Assembly: GCA_029253325.1 (NCBI GenBank)
Contig: JAQWZS010000075.1
Location: forward strand, 1-35,867
Reading direction: 5' to 3'
DNA from: Bacteroidia bacterium
GTDB lineage: Bacteria; Bacteroidota; Bacteroidia; NS11-12g; UBA9320
Length of the DNA: 35,867 nt
Of this stretch, positions 25,290 to 35,867 are shown in pieces; within the stretch, counting starts at the first letter, position 1, and every line of letters starts with the position of its first letter. The notes under the pieces are model-generated. The model worked only from the letters and a program-made list of their open reading frames with translations. It was not told the DNA's origin and did not search any database. Made by a program: the position numbers and the translations under genes.

Positions 25290-26640
25290 AAATTGGTTTT
25301 ACTAATTGATCGATATCTCCAGCACCAAGGGTCAAGAGTATGTCTAACTCTCTTTGTTTTAAATTTTCGACCACCTCACTCTTAGACATACAAATAGCAT
25401 CTGGATGATTAATTTTCTGCAATAAAGCGTCTGATGTTACTCCGTCAATAGGAAGCTCTCGTGCTGGATAAATTGGCAATAAAATCAGACCATCTACATC
25501 GGACAGTTCTTGAGCAAAATCTGCCATAAAATCTTGAGTTCGAGTGTATAAATGGGGCTGAAAAATAGCGGTAATTTTACGGTTTGGATATAAATCTCTT
25601 ACTGAAGAAATAATTGCTTTTAACTCATTTGGATGATGTGCATAATCGTCGATATACAAAAAATCATCCCGTTCTATCACATATTGAAATCTTCGCTTAA
25701 TGCCTTTAAATTCTTTTAGACCAATTCGAATAGCTTGTTCACTCGCTCCAGCTTTGCGGCACATCAATGCTGCACCAACAGCGTTCTCTAGATTGTGAAT
25801 ACCAGGTAAGCTGACAAATAAATTATTGATAAATAGATCTCCAGAATGATTACGAATATCAAAATGTGTTCCTTTGGAATCTTGAGAATGTACCTCTGCA
25901 TAAAACATGGCTTCTTGATTTGTAGCCGAGTAACTAATACCTCGTATATTTTTTACTTTATTTTTAGCATAAAAGATATGATTATCCTCTGAAATTAAAT
26001 TAGAAAATTCAACATAAGAGTCCTCTAAATCTTCCTTGCTGCCATAAATATCAAGATGATCGGCATCTGTACTTGTTATGACACTGTAAGTTGGTTTAAG
26101 GTGTAAAAATGATCGATCAAACTCGTCGGCTTCAGTAATTGAAAAATGACTTCCCCCTTTATCTTGCTTAAAATAATTACTATTTAAATTGGCACTTATC
26201 CCACCGAGGAATGCTGAAAAAGAGAGGCTCGATTGTTGAAAAATTGATGCAACAATACTACTAGTGGTTGTTTTCCCATGAGTTCCTGCCACACTTAAAT
26301 TAATGGTATTTTTAGTTACTTCTCCAAGAATTTCTGCACGCTTATGCATTGCATAATCATTCTTCAGAAAATAATTCATCAAATAACTACTTTTTGGGAT
26401 TGCGGGAGTGTAGACAATAAAGCACTGATCAGGGTTTTGAACAAATTCATTGTCGATAGAAGACAGGTTATCTTCAAAAAACACCTCAATTCCTTCTTGA
26501 ATTAATTGATCTGTAATAGGAGAAGATGTTCGATCATATCCACAAACAAAATATCCTTCGGAATTAAAGTAGCGGGCGAGTGCACTCATACCGATTCCAC
26601 CGATTCCTACAAAAAAGATATTTTTTCTATTTGCTAACAC
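25273..26640 (-). CDS. murC: UDP-N-acetylmuramate--L-alanine ligase
   Basis: 455 aa; FVGIGGIGMSALA N-terminal motif and Mur-ligase P-loop GTHGKTTTSS. Confidence 0.95.
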   Translation of the reverse strand: MLANRKNIFFVGIGGIGMSALARYFNSEGYFVCGYDRTSSPITDQLIQEGIEVFFEDNLSSIDNEFVQNPDQCFIVYTPAIPKSSYLMNYFLKNDYAMHKRAEILGEVTKNTINLSVAGTHGKTTTSSIVASIFQQSSLSFSAFLGGISANLNSNYFKQDKGGSHFSITEADEFDRSFLHLKPTYSVITSTDADHLDIYGSKEDLEDSYVEFSNLISEDNHIFYAKNKVKNIRGISYSATNQEAMFYAEVHSQDSKGTHFDIRNHSGDLFINNLFVSLPGIHNLENAVGAALMCRKAGASEQAIRIGLKEFKGIKRRFQYVIERDDFLYIDDYAHHPNELKAIISSVRDLYPNRKITAIFQPHLYTRTQDFMADFAQELSDVDGLILLPIYPARELPIDGVTSDALLQKINHPDAICMSKSEVVENLKQRELDILLTLGAGDIDQLVKPIYEFYG

Positions 26641-27715
26641 CTTCTATTATTTCATTTACGATGCTTTTTGCAGCATCTGGTAAACCCAATTTTAAAATTT
26701 CCGATTTAAGATTGTTTCGTTGAGCCTCATCTTTCATTAAATCTATAATTAACGTACCTAACTGATCCTTTGCATCTTTATCAGGACAAAGTAAAGCCGC
26801 ATTTTTATCGACTAGATTAAGTGCATTCTTTGTCTGATGATCCTCGCTAACAAAAGGTGACGGGATAAATATTGTAGCCTTTCCTAGAGCTGAAAGCTCA
26901 GAAACAGACATAGCTCCAGCCCTGCTCACCACAACATCTGCTACTTGATATGCCAAGTCCATTCGTTGAATAAAAGCTGTGCGTGTTCCCCAATCAAATG
27001 TTCCAAAATCACCAGTAAAGTTTTTTCCTGTCTGCCATAATAGTTGCACATTATGATTATTTAGTATACTTAAATTTTCATCAATTGCCTCATTGATGGT
27101 TCTGGCACCCAAACTTCCTCCAACTATTAAAACTGTTTTCTTTTTTGGATTTAGAGAAAAATGTTCAAAAGCACTATTCTGCTCATACGTTTTTGATAAG
27201 AGATCTTGTCTTATTGGATTACCCGTTAAAACTAATTTCTCTTTTGGGAAAAATCGGTTCATTTTTTGGTATGCTACACAAATCTTAACCGCATACTTTT
27301 TCAATAACTTATTGGTTATTCCAGGATAAGAATTTTGCTCTTGCAAAAACACAGGAATGCCCATTACACTTGCCATATAATTTAATGGCCCACTTGCATA
27401 ACCTCCAACACCAATAGTAAAATCTGGCTTAAATCTTTTAATAATCAAACTTGATTTCAATAAACTAGCCATTAATTTAAAAGGCAGGCTAAGGTTTTTG
27501 ATAGTTAATCTTCTTTGAAGTCCCGATATCCATAGCCCATGAATTTTGTATCCTGCAGCAGGTACTTTATCCATTTCCATTCTCCCAGTAGCTCCAACAA
27601 ATTCAATAACACTATCGGGATACTGATTCATTATTTCATTAGCAATTGCGATAGCAGGGAATATGTGTCCCCCTGTACCTCCACCAGATATAAGAACTCG
27701 ATATTTTTTACTCAT
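26627..27715 (-). CDS. murG: undecaprenyldiphospho-muramoylpentapeptide beta-N-acetylglucosaminyltransferase
   Basis: GGGTGGHIFPAIA motif. The start is taken at MSKKYRVLISGGG (ATG 27715) rather than the ORF-opening 27748. Confidence 0.94.
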   Translation of the reverse strand: MSKKYRVLISGGGTGGHIFPAIAIANEIMNQYPDSVIEFVGATGRMEMDKVPAAGYKIHGLWISGLQRRLTIKNLSLPFKLMASLLKSSLIIKRFKPDFTIGVGGYASGPLNYMASVMGIPVFLQEQNSYPGITNKLLKKYAVKICVAYQKMNRFFPKEKLVLTGNPIRQDLLSKTYEQNSAFEHFSLNPKKKTVLIVGGSLGARTINEAIDENLSILNNHNVQLLWQTGKNFTGDFGTFDWGTRTAFIQRMDLAYQVADVVVSRAGAMSVSELSALGKATIFIPSPFVSEDHQTKNALNLVDKNAALLCPDKDAKDQLGTLIIDLMKDEAQRNNLKSEILKLGLPDAAKSIVNEIIEGVSK

Positions 27716-28856
27716 TTTCTTTCTCTGGATAAATAGTTCTACTTGCACTCAGAATAATCCCAAATGCAATACTTACAAACAATATGGATGTTCCTCCACG
27801 ACTTACAATAGGAAGTGCTAGACCTGTAACAGGAAGAATATTTACAGCTACACCCATATTTATCAAAGCTTGAACTACCAGACTGAAGGCCAATCCAATG
27901 GCTAAAAGAGCTGCCAGCGGATCTTCTGTTAATAGGACAATTCTAAATGATCGATAAAGCAATAATAAATAGAGTAGAACAAGGGTAAGTCCTCCAAAAA
28001 TTGACCCGTATTCTTCGATAATAATTGCATAAATAAAGTCTGCAAATGGAGATGGTAAAATATTTTTTTGTCTACTTCTGCCAGGACCTGTTCCAACAAA
28101 TCCTCCACGGGCAACAGCTATTTTAGCTTGTCTACTTTGATATGTTCCTCCATCGTCACTTCCATTTGAAAATGCTTCAATTCTACTTTTCATTGTAGCT
28201 ATTCTCCCAAATTGAACATCGGAGTTCATCACATAAGCAAAGGCACCTCCTAAAACTAATATCCCAATACCTGCTAGCAAACCAATCTGTTTGAGCGGTA
28301 TTCGACCCAAGAATAATACCAACATACTCGTTACAAATAGTACTGCAGAAGTTGAAAAATCCTCTGGAAAAATCAATAAACAAACGAGTAAAATTATGGA
28401 AAGTATTGGAAGAAGCGTCTTTTTGAAATCGTGGACCTCCCCCTGTCTTCTGGCCATAAAACGAGCAACATAAGCAACTAGTGCAAGCTTCGCAAAATCT
28501 GAACTTTGCACAGTAAGACCCGCCACAGGCAACGAAATCCATCTTCGAGCATCATTTATTTCTACCCCAAAAATTAAGGTGTAAATTAGTAATGGAATCG
28601 CAAGAAACAGCATAATCTGTGCAATCCTCGAAAAGTATTGGATACTAATCAAGTGAGTTAACCACATCGTGGCTAATCCAAAAAATACCAAAAAAGCATG
28701 TTTGATCAGATAATATTCTGTATTACCCCCTTTTTCAGCATAGGCAAGCGTACCCGTTGCAGAATACACTGCTAGAATTCCGAAAATAGAAAGTGCTAAT
28801 ACTACAAACCATATGTAGTAATCACCTTTAATATTTTTTTGCAGAAATTCTCTCAC
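27708..28856 (-). CDS. ftsW: SEDS-family peptidoglycan glycosyltransferase FtsW
   Basis: 382 aa polytopic membrane protein; RRWISLPVAGLTVQSSDFAKLALV signature; position between murD and murG. Confidence 0.9.
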   Translation of the reverse strand: MREFLQKNIKGDYYIWFVVLALSIFGILAVYSATGTLAYAEKGGNTEYYLIKHAFLVFFGLATMWLTHLISIQYFSRIAQIMLFLAIPLLIYTLIFGVEINDARRWISLPVAGLTVQSSDFAKLALVAYVARFMARRQGEVHDFKKTLLPILSIILLVCLLIFPEDFSTSAVLFVTSMLVLFLGRIPLKQIGLLAGIGILVLGGAFAYVMNSDVQFGRIATMKSRIEAFSNGSDDGGTYQSRQAKIAVARGGFVGTGPGRSRQKNILPSPFADFIYAIIIEEYGSIFGGLTLVLLYLLLLYRSFRIVLLTEDPLAALLAIGLAFSLVVQALINMGVAVNILPVTGLALPIVSRGGTSILFVSIAFGIILSASRTIYPEKENE

Positions 28857-30196
28857 AGATTTCTTACAGCTCTTTTAAATTGATTCCCTCTATCTTCATA
28901 ATTTTCAAACAGATCAAAACTGGCACATGCTGGAGACAACAAAACCGTCTCCCCCTTTTCCCCTAACCCATAAGCAATATTGACTGCTTCTTGAGCCGAA
29001 CTTGCATTAATCATCATATCAACATCTTTCCTGAATGCTTTATGTAAATTCAAGTTGTTTTTTCCTAAGCACACTATAATTCTAACTTTCTCTTTAATTA
29101 GTGGACTCAACGATTCATAATCATTGCCTTTATCTACTCCACCTGCAATCCAAATAATTGGATTTTCTACACTTTCTAATGCATACCACGCAGCATTAAC
29201 ATTCGTTGCTTTACTGTCATTAATAAAACTTATTCCTTTCACTTTGGAAACAAATTCTAATCGATGCTCTACATTTTTAAAATCGAGTAAACTCTCACGT
29301 ATGGTTTCTTTTCTGATTAGAAGAGAATTAGCAATAATTGAAGCAGCCATCGAGTTGTACGTGTTGTGTCTACCGGCTATAGTAAGTTGATCTAATGACA
29401 TATTGAAGTTAATTTTTGGGTTTGTTAATTGAATATTTAATTGATTATTTTCTACCCAAGCTCCTTGATCTAATGGTCCATTATCATAGGTAAATGGCAC
29501 CAAATCAGCTGTGGTAGTATGATTTTCTAATTGATTAGTGATTTCATCGTCATCTGCACAAAAAATGAATTTTTGATTAGCGTCTTGATTTAAATTGATG
29601 CGTAGCTTAGAATCAATATAGTCTTGATAGTTTGTATACCGATCTAAGTGATCTGGCGATATATTGAGGAGTACAGCATAATCTAGAGCAACTGTGTGCA
29701 TCCCATCTAACTGGAAACTACTCAATTCGAGCACATAGTATTCGTAATTTTCAAGAGCAACCTGTCTCGCAAAACTATAGCCCACATTTCCAGCTAAACC
29801 AACAGATAAACCAGCACTCTTTAAAATACTGTAAGTCAACATTGTGGTCGTGGTCTTTCCATTCGTTCCTGTAATCCCAATTAATGAAGCATTCGTGTAA
29901 CTTGCTGCAAACTCAATCTCAGAAATAATTGGAATATTCACTGAAATAGCTGCAATAACAATTGGAGCTTTATCACTTATACCAGGACTTTTAATAATTT
30001 TACTAGAGGATTTTATAAGCTTCTCATTATGACCATTTTCTTCATATTTAATTCCATATTTATCAAGCTCAGCCTTATATTTAGGTTGAATCTGATTGTA
30101 GTCAGAAACCCAAACATCAAAGCCTTGTTTTTGAGCCAGAATAGCTGAACCTACTCCACTCTCACCGGCACCTAATATGGATATTAATTCACTCAA
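28853..30196 (-). CDS. murD: UDP-N-acetylmuramoylalanine--D-glutamate ligase
   Basis: 447 aa; ILGAGESGVGSA N-terminus and P-loop GITGTNGKTTT. Confidence 0.95.
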   Translation of the reverse strand: MSELISILGAGESGVGSAILAQKQGFDVWVSDYNQIQPKYKAELDKYGIKYEENGHNEKLIKSSSKIIKSPGISDKAPIVIAAISVNIPIISEIEFAASYTNASLIGITGTNGKTTTTMLTYSILKSAGLSVGLAGNVGYSFARQVALENYEYYVLELSSFQLDGMHTVALDYAVLLNISPDHLDRYTNYQDYIDSKLRINLNQDANQKFIFCADDDEITNQLENHTTTADLVPFTYDNGPLDQGAWVENNQLNIQLTNPKINFNMSLDQLTIAGRHNTYNSMAASIIANSLLIRKETIRESLLDFKNVEHRLEFVSKVKGISFINDSKATNVNAAWYALESVENPIIWIAGGVDKGNDYESLSPLIKEKVRIIVCLGKNNLNLHKAFRKDVDMMINASSAQEAVNIAYGLGEKGETVLLSPACASFDLFENYEDRGNQFKRAVRNL

Positions 30197-31447
30197 TTAT
30201 CTTAGTTTGAAGGTTATTATGGTGAATATGGCTAACATGATTCCTACAATCCAGAATCGGGTTACAATCTTGGGCTCTGCATATCCGAGCTTTTGATAAT
30301 GATGGTGAAGTGGTGACATCTTAAATATTCGTCTCCCCTCACCGTACTTCTTCTTGGTATATTTGAAATAACTGACTTGTATCATAACACTCAAATTTTC
30401 AATTAAAAAGATGCCGCATAGAATGGGAAGAACTAATTCTTTTCGAATCATCAACGCCAAGACAGCGATAATCCACCCAAGTGCAAGGCTACCTGTATCT
30501 CCCATAAAAACTTGAGCTGGGAAACTATTGTACCACAAAAAGCCAATACAAGCTCCTGTGAAAGCTGCTGCAAAAATTACTAGTTCACCCTGATTAGGTA
30601 TAAACATGATATTGAGATAATCAGAGAATATTAAGTTACCACTTATAAATGCTAAAACTGCTAATGTTATCCCAATTATCGCAGAGCTACCCGCAGCTAA
30701 TCCATCTATTCCGTCCGTTAAATTAGCTCCATTACTCACTGCTGTAATAACCAAAACAGCTATTACCATAAATACTACCCAAGCCCATTTATTGGCTTTA
30801 GCATCGTTCATCCAAAACAAAAATTTTGAATAATCTACCTCATGAGTCTTAATAAATGGAAGTGTCGTTGTTGTACTTTTTACATCTTTGAAATACATCA
30901 ATTGACCATTGATATTTTTCACCTCTACATCGGCAGGTGCCTCATTTATCGTGTTTATTTTGTATTGCTCTCTGACAACGACACTATCATTAAAATGAAG
31001 TACTAATGCTACAATAATTCCAAGGCCAACTTGACCTATGATTTTAAATCTTCCCGCTAATCCAGCTTTGTCCTTTTTATAAATCTTTATGTAATCATCT
31101 AGAAAACCAATTAACCCTAACCAGATGGTGCTAAAAATCATTAGCAAGACATAGACATTATCTAGTTTGGCAAATAATAACGTCGGAATAAGTATAGCCG
31201 CTAAAATGATTAGACCTCCCATAGTTGGAGTACCTCGTTTGGACTCTTCCCCATCCAGACCAAGCGTGCGTATAGTTTCCGCAGCCTGTAAATCTCGGAG
31301 CTTATCTATTAATCTTTTGCCAAATAGCAATGAAATGATCAAGGATACGATAACTGCAAGAGACGCACGAAAGGAGATGTACTGAAAGACTCCTGCTCCA
31401 GGCAGATTGTATACTTCTTCTAAATATTCAAATAAATGATACAGCAT
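30197..31447 (-). CDS. mraY: phospho-N-acetylmuramoyl-pentapeptide transferase
   Basis: 416 aa; [27 protein letters not shown] and HHHY motifs; contains a ~45-65-aa loop insertion relative to proteobacterial MraY. Confidence 0.96.
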   Translation of the reverse strand: MLYHLFEYLEEVYNLPGAGVFQYISFRASLAVIVSLIISLLFGKRLIDKLRDLQAAETIRTLGLDGEESKRGTPTMGGLIILAAILIPTLLFAKLDNVYVLLMIFSTIWLGLIGFLDDYIKIYKKDKAGLAGRFKIIGQVGLGIIVALVLHFNDSVVVREQYKINTINEAPADVEVKNINGQLMYFKDVKSTTTTLPFIKTHEVDYSKFLFWMNDAKANKWAWVVFMVIAVLVITAVSNGANLTDGIDGLAAGSSAIIGITLAVLAFISGNLIFSDYLNIMFIPNQGELVIFAAAFTGACIGFLWYNSFPAQVFMGDTGSLALGWIIAVLALMIRKELVLPILCGIFLIENLSVMIQVSYFKYTKKKYGEGRRIFKMSPLHHHYQKLGYAEPKIVTRFWIVGIMLAIFTIITFKLR

Positions 31448-32904
31448 TATTCTTTTAATAGTTTTAGGTTTTTGGTTAAAATTTCTTTGTCATCAAAAGG
31501 ATGTTTCACACCCATAATGTCTTGATAAGTTTCATGTCCTTTACCAGCCACAAGAATGATATCACCCTTATTACTCAGACTGATTGCTGTCTTAATAGCT
31601 TCCTCCCTGTTTATTATTTTTAATACCTTTTTGAAGTGTCCAGGTTCTACTCCTGACATCATATCAGAAATGATTTCGTTGGCATCCTCTGTTCTAGGAT
31701 TATCAGAGGTAAGAATCACTTTCGTTGAAGACTCACAAGCAATTTTTGCCATGATAGGTCGTTTCCCTTTATCTCTGTCTCCTCCACACCCAATAACAGT
31801 TATCAACTCCTCATTTATCGTTCGAATTGCATTGATTGTATCCAATACATTCTGAATAGCATCTGGGGTATGAGCATAATCGACAATGGCTGTTATGCCT
31901 GATTCTTTTATGTTTTGGAATCGACCATCAACACTGTTTATTGCACTGAGTGCTGTTATAATTTCTAAATGATCCTTGCCTAGTAAAAATGCCGTTGAAT
32001 AAACAGCTAAAACATTATATGCATTAAACTTACCGACTAATCTCAACCACACTTCTGAGTCACTGATATTTAATAGCATCCCATCGAAATCGTGCTCAAC
32101 AATTTTGGTCTTAAAATCACTAAATGATTTGAGGCTATAAGTATAAGAGCTCGCTAGTGTATTTTGGACCATCACTTTTGCATTTTTATCGTCCTTATTT
32201 ATTAAGGCAAAAGCTGAAGAATCTAAGTGGTCAAAAAGTGTTTTTTTCGTATATAAATATTCTTTGAAATCTGTGTGATAATCCAGGTGATCACGGGTTA
32301 CATTCGTAAATATTGCACCGTCAAATTTTAGTCCAGCCGTTCTATATTGATGAAGAGCATGAGAACTCACTTCCATGAATGCATATTCACAACCTTCATC
32401 AACCATATCTGCTAATAATTCGTTTATTCGAATACTATTGGGCGTAGTATGAGTACTGATAGTATCTATTCCATTGATGCTATATTTAATTGTAGACAAC
32501 AATCCACAATTGTGGTCTAGATTTCGGAAACACTCATAAAGCATGGTTGCTACTGAGGTTTTTCCATTGGTGCCCGTCACCCCAATCAATTTAAGTTTGT
32601 TACTTGGATTATCATAAAATGCTGAAGCAATTAGACCGAGTGCCTTGGCTGAATTTTCAACCACTAAGTAGGTAACGTGATTTTTTGGATTAACTACTTC
32701 CTCACACACGATTACAGTAGCTCCTAATTCAATTGCTTTATCTATGAATAGATGACCATCTGTATTAGCCCCACGAGTTGCAGCAAATAAGTACTCAGAT
32801 TGGACCGATCTAGAATCTAAAGCAAGACCAGAAACTTGAACATCTTTAGATCCAAAAGAATCTATTAAATCAACAGCAGATATGAGTGAATCTAGACGTT
32901 TCAA
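31447..32904 (-). CDS. murE: UDP-N-acetylmuramoyl-L-alanyl-D-glutamate--2,6-diaminopimelate ligase
   Basis: 485 aa; P-loop [10 protein letters not shown]; DNPR motif (TSDNPRTED), which is associated with meso-DAP-adding MurE. Confidence 0.94.
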   Translation of the reverse strand: MKRLDSLISAVDLIDSFGSKDVQVSGLALDSRSVQSEYLFAATRGANTDGHLFIDKAIELGATVIVCEEVVNPKNHVTYLVVENSAKALGLIASAFYDNPSNKLKLIGVTGTNGKTSVATMLYECFRNLDHNCGLLSTIKYSINGIDTISTHTTPNSIRINELLADMVDEGCEYAFMEVSSHALHQYRTAGLKFDGAIFTNVTRDHLDYHTDFKEYLYTKKTLFDHLDSSAFALINKDDKNAKVMVQNTLASSYTYSLKSFSDFKTKIVEHDFDGMLLNISDSEVWLRLVGKFNAYNVLAVYSTAFLLGKDHLEIITALSAINSVDGRFQNIKESGITAIVDYAHTPDAIQNVLDTINAIRTINEELITVIGCGGDRDKGKRPIMAKIACESSTKVILTSDNPRTEDANEIISDMMSGVEPGHFKKVLKIINREEAIKTAISLSNKGDIILVAGKGHETYQDIMGVKHPFDDKEILTKNLKLLKE

Positions 32905-34973
32905 TTTAATCGGATATAAACAGTTTGACTTTTATATATTACAGCCCCAGGCTTGGGACTCTGCTCTACTACTCGCCCTCTTCCAGCTAAAATCGGTTTT
33001 AACCCTAAGAGCTCTGACACGTATACCGCATCCTTAACACCAAAATTTCTAAAATCGGGCATTTTACCCTCTTCGACTAAAACATCTTCCATCTTACTAT
33101 TCTCAGAATTGACCCATACAAAATCTGTAGACGGAGTTTCATCTATAGCATATCCAAGTTGGCTATTTATAGCTTGAATATCCTTAAAAAATCCTGCATG
33201 ATAATTAGGTTTATATATCAAAGAATCTACGACCTCTTTTTTAACACTAATTGTAAAAATCTTTTGGGCTACCTCTGAAAAAACTGGTGCAGCAACATAG
33301 GAAGCATAAAATATCCCATTGCTGGGCTTGTTTACCATGACATAAATTGAGTATTCAGGTTTCATTGCTGGGAAGTGACCTACAAAACTCGCATTGTACA
33401 TTTTGGCCTTTTGATAACCACTGGAGGAAGCTATCTGTGCTGTTCCTGTCTTGCCCCCCATAGTCACCACATCACTCCGTACATTCCTTGCAGAACCACT
33501 TATAAAAACCTCAGCAGTTAATTCTTTTATTTTATTGGAGGTTTCTTCTGAACAAACACGAACTGTTTGACTTGAGTTATCATTATCTTTTATCACAATA
33601 CCAGCATCTGTAACAGAACTGACAATCTGAGGTCTAATCATTATACCATCATTGATAATTCCGTTATACGCAGTAAGCAACTGGAGTGGCGTATGTTGAT
33701 TTTCATATCCAATAGCCAACCATGGAAGAGTCAACTGAGACCAACTAGAACTTGCCGGATGATTCAAAAAGGGGTCAGGCTCACCTAATATTTCGATACC
33801 CGTTGGCTTATCTAAGTCTAATTTTTTTAGATGTGATATATAATTGCTGGGCTTCTTTGAGTAATTATCAAAAATTACTGAAGAAAAAGCCACATTACTT
33901 GATCTTGCAAAAGCCTGCTTGAAACTCATTTTTTTGAATCTCCCTTTATCAGAATCTTGCATTTTCTTTCCAAAATATTCTCGAACTCCATTCTGAATGT
34001 CCATAGAATCATTAAGACTAATTAATTCATCCTCAAATGCGGCCATTGCGGAAAAAACCTTCCAAACACTTCCTGGCTCATAGCTCTCCCCAATACTATA
34101 ATTATACTGCTCGCTATATACTCCTTCTTCTCTTTTTGATAAGTTTGAAATAGCTTTTATTTTTCCTGTCGATACCTCCATTACAATCACGCAACCGTGA
34201 TCAGCTTTATGCTTGATTAACGACTTTTCAAGTGACCGTTGAGCTATTTCTTGAAAATCAATATTGATGGTCGTATGAATATCTCTGCCGTTTTTTGGCT
34301 CGATCAAATTTTCATCATTCAATGGACGATACCCACCCGATATTTTTTGTACTAATCGCTTCCCTTTAACGCCTCCTAAGTCAATATTGTAAGTTCGTTC
34401 CAGACCAACCCCCGGATTATCTTTAGTTCGATAACCAATTGTTCTAAAAGCTAAATTTCCTGCAGGTTTTACTCGTTTAGTATTTAACTCTGCCATAAAT
34501 CCACCTCGGTATCTCCCTTTTCTGAAAATCGGGAAATCTCTCATCATCTTTTGCTCATGATAATTGACTTTTCTTCTAATGAGAACGTATCTGCTCATAG
34601 ATTTCTTAGCCGTATTGAGTTTTGACTTATAGTATGAACTCGATTTATCTGGAAATAAACGAGCCAATTGTTGAGCTAATTCATTGATATAAAATTGAAA
34701 TGTATCATCGTTGACGACTGTGGCATCCCATCTGATTTCATAAATGGGCATTGATGTAGAAAGTAGACTTCCATTATCAGAGTAAATATTACCTCTAGCT
34801 GGGCTAATGTCTTGGTGACGAATCGTAATACTATCTGACATTGCTAACCACTTATCCCCTTCAACTAATTGAATCCGAAACATCTGAAAAGAAACCCAAA
34901 ATGCGAACAGTACCACCACACCCATGCCAAATACAACACGCCATGTTATGCTCTTTTTGATATTATTCGACAT
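32901..34973 (-). CDS. ftsI: class B penicillin-binding protein (FtsI-type transpeptidase) with C-terminal PASTA-like domain
   Basis: 690 aa; N-terminal TM; SxxK (SVWK), SxN (SSN), KTG (KTGT). The C-terminal MPDFRNFGVKDAVYVSELLGLKP..GRVVEQSPKPG... is PASTA-like. Confidence 0.88.
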   Translation of the reverse strand: MSNNIKKSITWRVVFGMGVVVLFAFWVSFQMFRIQLVEGDKWLAMSDSITIRHQDISPARGNIYSDNGSLLSTSMPIYEIRWDATVVNDDTFQFYINELAQQLARLFPDKSSSYYKSKLNTAKKSMSRYVLIRRKVNYHEQKMMRDFPIFRKGRYRGGFMAELNTKRVKPAGNLAFRTIGYRTKDNPGVGLERTYNIDLGGVKGKRLVQKISGGYRPLNDENLIEPKNGRDIHTTINIDFQEIAQRSLEKSLIKHKADHGCVIVMEVSTGKIKAISNLSKREEGVYSEQYNYSIGESYEPGSVWKVFSAMAAFEDELISLNDSMDIQNGVREYFGKKMQDSDKGRFKKMSFKQAFARSSNVAFSSVIFDNYSKKPSNYISHLKKLDLDKPTGIEILGEPDPFLNHPASSSWSQLTLPWLAIGYENQHTPLQLLTAYNGIINDGIMIRPQIVSSVTDAGIVIKDNDNSSQTVRVCSEETSNKIKELTAEVFISGSARNVRSDVVTMGGKTGTAQIASSSGYQKAKMYNASFVGHFPAMKPEYSIYVMVNKPSNGIFYASYVAAPVFSEVAQKIFTISVKKEVVDSLIYKPNYHAGFFKDIQAINSQLGYAIDETPSTDFVWVNSENSKMEDVLVEEGKMPDFRNFGVKDAVYVSELLGLKPILAGRGRVVEQSPKPGAVIYKSQTVYIRLN

Positions 34974-35271
34974 GATCTGCTTTAATTAAAGTAACTGCCC
35001 TATTTGGCTCTTTCACGTCTTTATCTTTTAGTCTTACTTCAAGATTTTCTCGAAGTCTATTCTTCATGATATCTGATTTCAACGTAATATTCTCCGCTCT
35101 CAACTCAATGAGATTTCTCTTCGTTGATTCAATGTCCCTGACAATGTTATCTGTACGGTGAGATAGATAGATGTAGGTTAGTGCTAGTGTAAATAAAAAA
35201 AAGAGATAGTAAATCCACTCCGGCGAAAGCCTAAACTCTTGGGGCGTGGCAGTTCTTTTCTCCTTAATCAT
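34963..35271 (-). CDS. ftsL: FtsL-like small bitopic division protein
   Basis: 102 aa; single TM WIYYLFFLFTLALTYIYL followed by a coiled-coil-like segment; conserved position between rsmH and ftsI. Confidence 0.65.
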   Translation of the reverse strand: MIKEKRTATPQEFRLSPEWIYYLFFLFTLALTYIYLSHRTDNIVRDIESTKRNLIELRAENITLKSDIMKNRLRENLEVRLKDKDVKEPNRAVTLIKADHVE

Positions 35272-35867
35272 TAAATTTTTTCTGCTATTCTTAATTTGGC
35301 ACTTCGAGCTCTTGAATTTTGCTCAACTTCTTCTATGGTCGCTTCTATTGGCTTTTTATTTATTGCCTTGTATAGTCGAGTCACTCTCCCAAATGGATCA
35401 CTTTGTCGATCACCTTCTACATTTCCAGTATGGATTAAGTTTTTTACAATTCTGTCCTCCAAAGAATGATATGACATCACAACTAGTCTCCCTTGAGGCT
35501 TAAGCAATTCTGTGGCCTGATTAAGAAGAGATTTCAATGTACTGATCTCACGATTGACTTCTATTCGTAATGCTTGATAAATTTTAGCCAGCATCTTATT
35601 CTTTGATCGTTCATTAGTGAATTTTGATACCGCTGCAATCAAATCTGCATTTGTTGTAATTGGTTGAATATCTCTATATGAAATAATTGCATTCGCTAGT
35701 GGCGAAGCCTTATCTAACTCACCATAAGACCTAAAAACTTTTGCCAAACTTGGCTGATCATAAGTGTTTAATATATCTACAGCAGATATCTCTGAGGAAG
35801 AATTCATCCGCATATCCAAATCAGATTCCTCAAATCGAAAAGAGAAGCCACGATCTTTTTCATTAAG
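35271..35867 (-). CDS. rsmH: 16S rRNA (cytosine1402-N4)-methyltransferase RsmH/MraW, 5'-truncated by the window edge
   Basis: The frame is open from base 35867 (..LNEKDRGFSFRFEESDLDMRM..). It carries the GFSF...LDMRM and SYHSLEDRIVK signatures. The tracked 35819 TTG start is internal. Confidence 0.93.
   Translation of the reverse strand, partial: LNEKDRGFSFRFEESDLDMRMNSSSEISAVDILNTYDQPSLAKVFRSYGELDKASPLANAIISYRDIQPITTNADLIAAVSKFTNERSKNKMLAKIYQALRIEVNREISTLKSLLNQATELLKPQGRLVVMSYHSLEDRIVKNLIHTGNVEGDRQSDPFGRVTRLYKAINKKPIEATIEEVEQNSRARSAKLRIAEKI

Noticed and set aside
27716-27748. Upstream start for murG (MQVELFIQRKK...)
   Set aside because: MurG proteins normally begin a few residues before the GGGTGGH motif. 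ATG 27715 gives that and an 8-nt overlap with ftsW, typical of this cluster.
30788-30982. ~45-65-aa loop insertion in MraY ([35 protein letters not shown]...) making it 416 aa
   Set aside because: As far as I recall, Bacteroidota MraY proteins are generally ~410-420 aa with an insertion here. This is probably lineage-typical rather than novel.
32904-33080. PASTA-like domain at the C-terminus of the FtsI-type PBP in a Gram-negative
   Set aside because: A single C-terminal PASTA-like module appears common in Bacteroidota FtsI homologues. It is recorded in the feature evidence and not treated as unusual.
21930-35867. dcw cluster lacks murF, ddl, murB and mraZ within the window
   Set aside because: The order rsmH-ftsL-ftsI-murE-mraY-murD-ftsW-murG-murC-ftsQ-ftsA-ftsZ, with murF/ddl/murB elsewhere, is the usual Bacteroidota arrangement. 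mraZ would lie beyond the right edge.
1-35867. Looked for tRNA/rRNA genes, CRISPR repeat-spacer arrays, IS elements, integrases, toxin-antitoxin pairs and known defence-system signatures
   Set aside because: No GC-rich cloverleaf-like segments were visible in any spacer. There is no periodic 25-40-nt repeat array and no DDE/tyrosine-recombinase-like ORF. All large ORFs except the 802-aa protein are explained by housekeeping or envelope functions.

Overview
AT-rich chromosomal window from a Bacteroidota-type genome, judged from T9SS C-terminal sorting domains, TAnnTTTG-type promoter boxes and the Bacteroidota-style dcw gene order. Left ~5.4 kb holds housekeeping genes: truB, an LptF/LptG-family permease, a small four-helix-bundle gene, tgt, a PorT-like beta-barrel, ubiE and engB. 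The middle ~15.4 kb (5.6-21.0 kb) is a cell-envelope/accessory block. It carries two divergent T9SS-secreted peptidase-like proteins (an M1 aminopeptidase and a gingipain/C25-like protein whose catalytic dyad appears substituted), an LTA-synthase-family sulfatase and an FAD oxidoreductase. It also carries a lipoprotein + putative porin pair, two small envelope proteins, ilvE, and an uncharacterised 172-aa + 802-aa gene pair. The right ~14.8 kb has an MscS-family channel gene converging on a tightly packed division/cell-wall cluster on the minus strand: rsmH(partial)-ftsL-ftsI-murE-mraY-murD-ftsW-murG-murC-ftsQ-ftsA-ftsZ. I recognised no rRNA, tRNA, CRISPR array, transposase or integrase. The most notable non-coding signal is a ~40-nt intergenic element (exact 18-nt + 9-nt + 6-nt blocks, with an internal 9-nt direct repeat at 22-nt spacing). 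It occurs in two same-orientation copies that exactly bracket the middle block, and a 12-nt partial copy sits inside a palindrome next to a C7/G7 tract. I did not find a clearly recognisable defence or mobile system. The best candidates for something undescribed are the repeat element and the 172-aa/802-aa orphan pair, and both calls are tentative.
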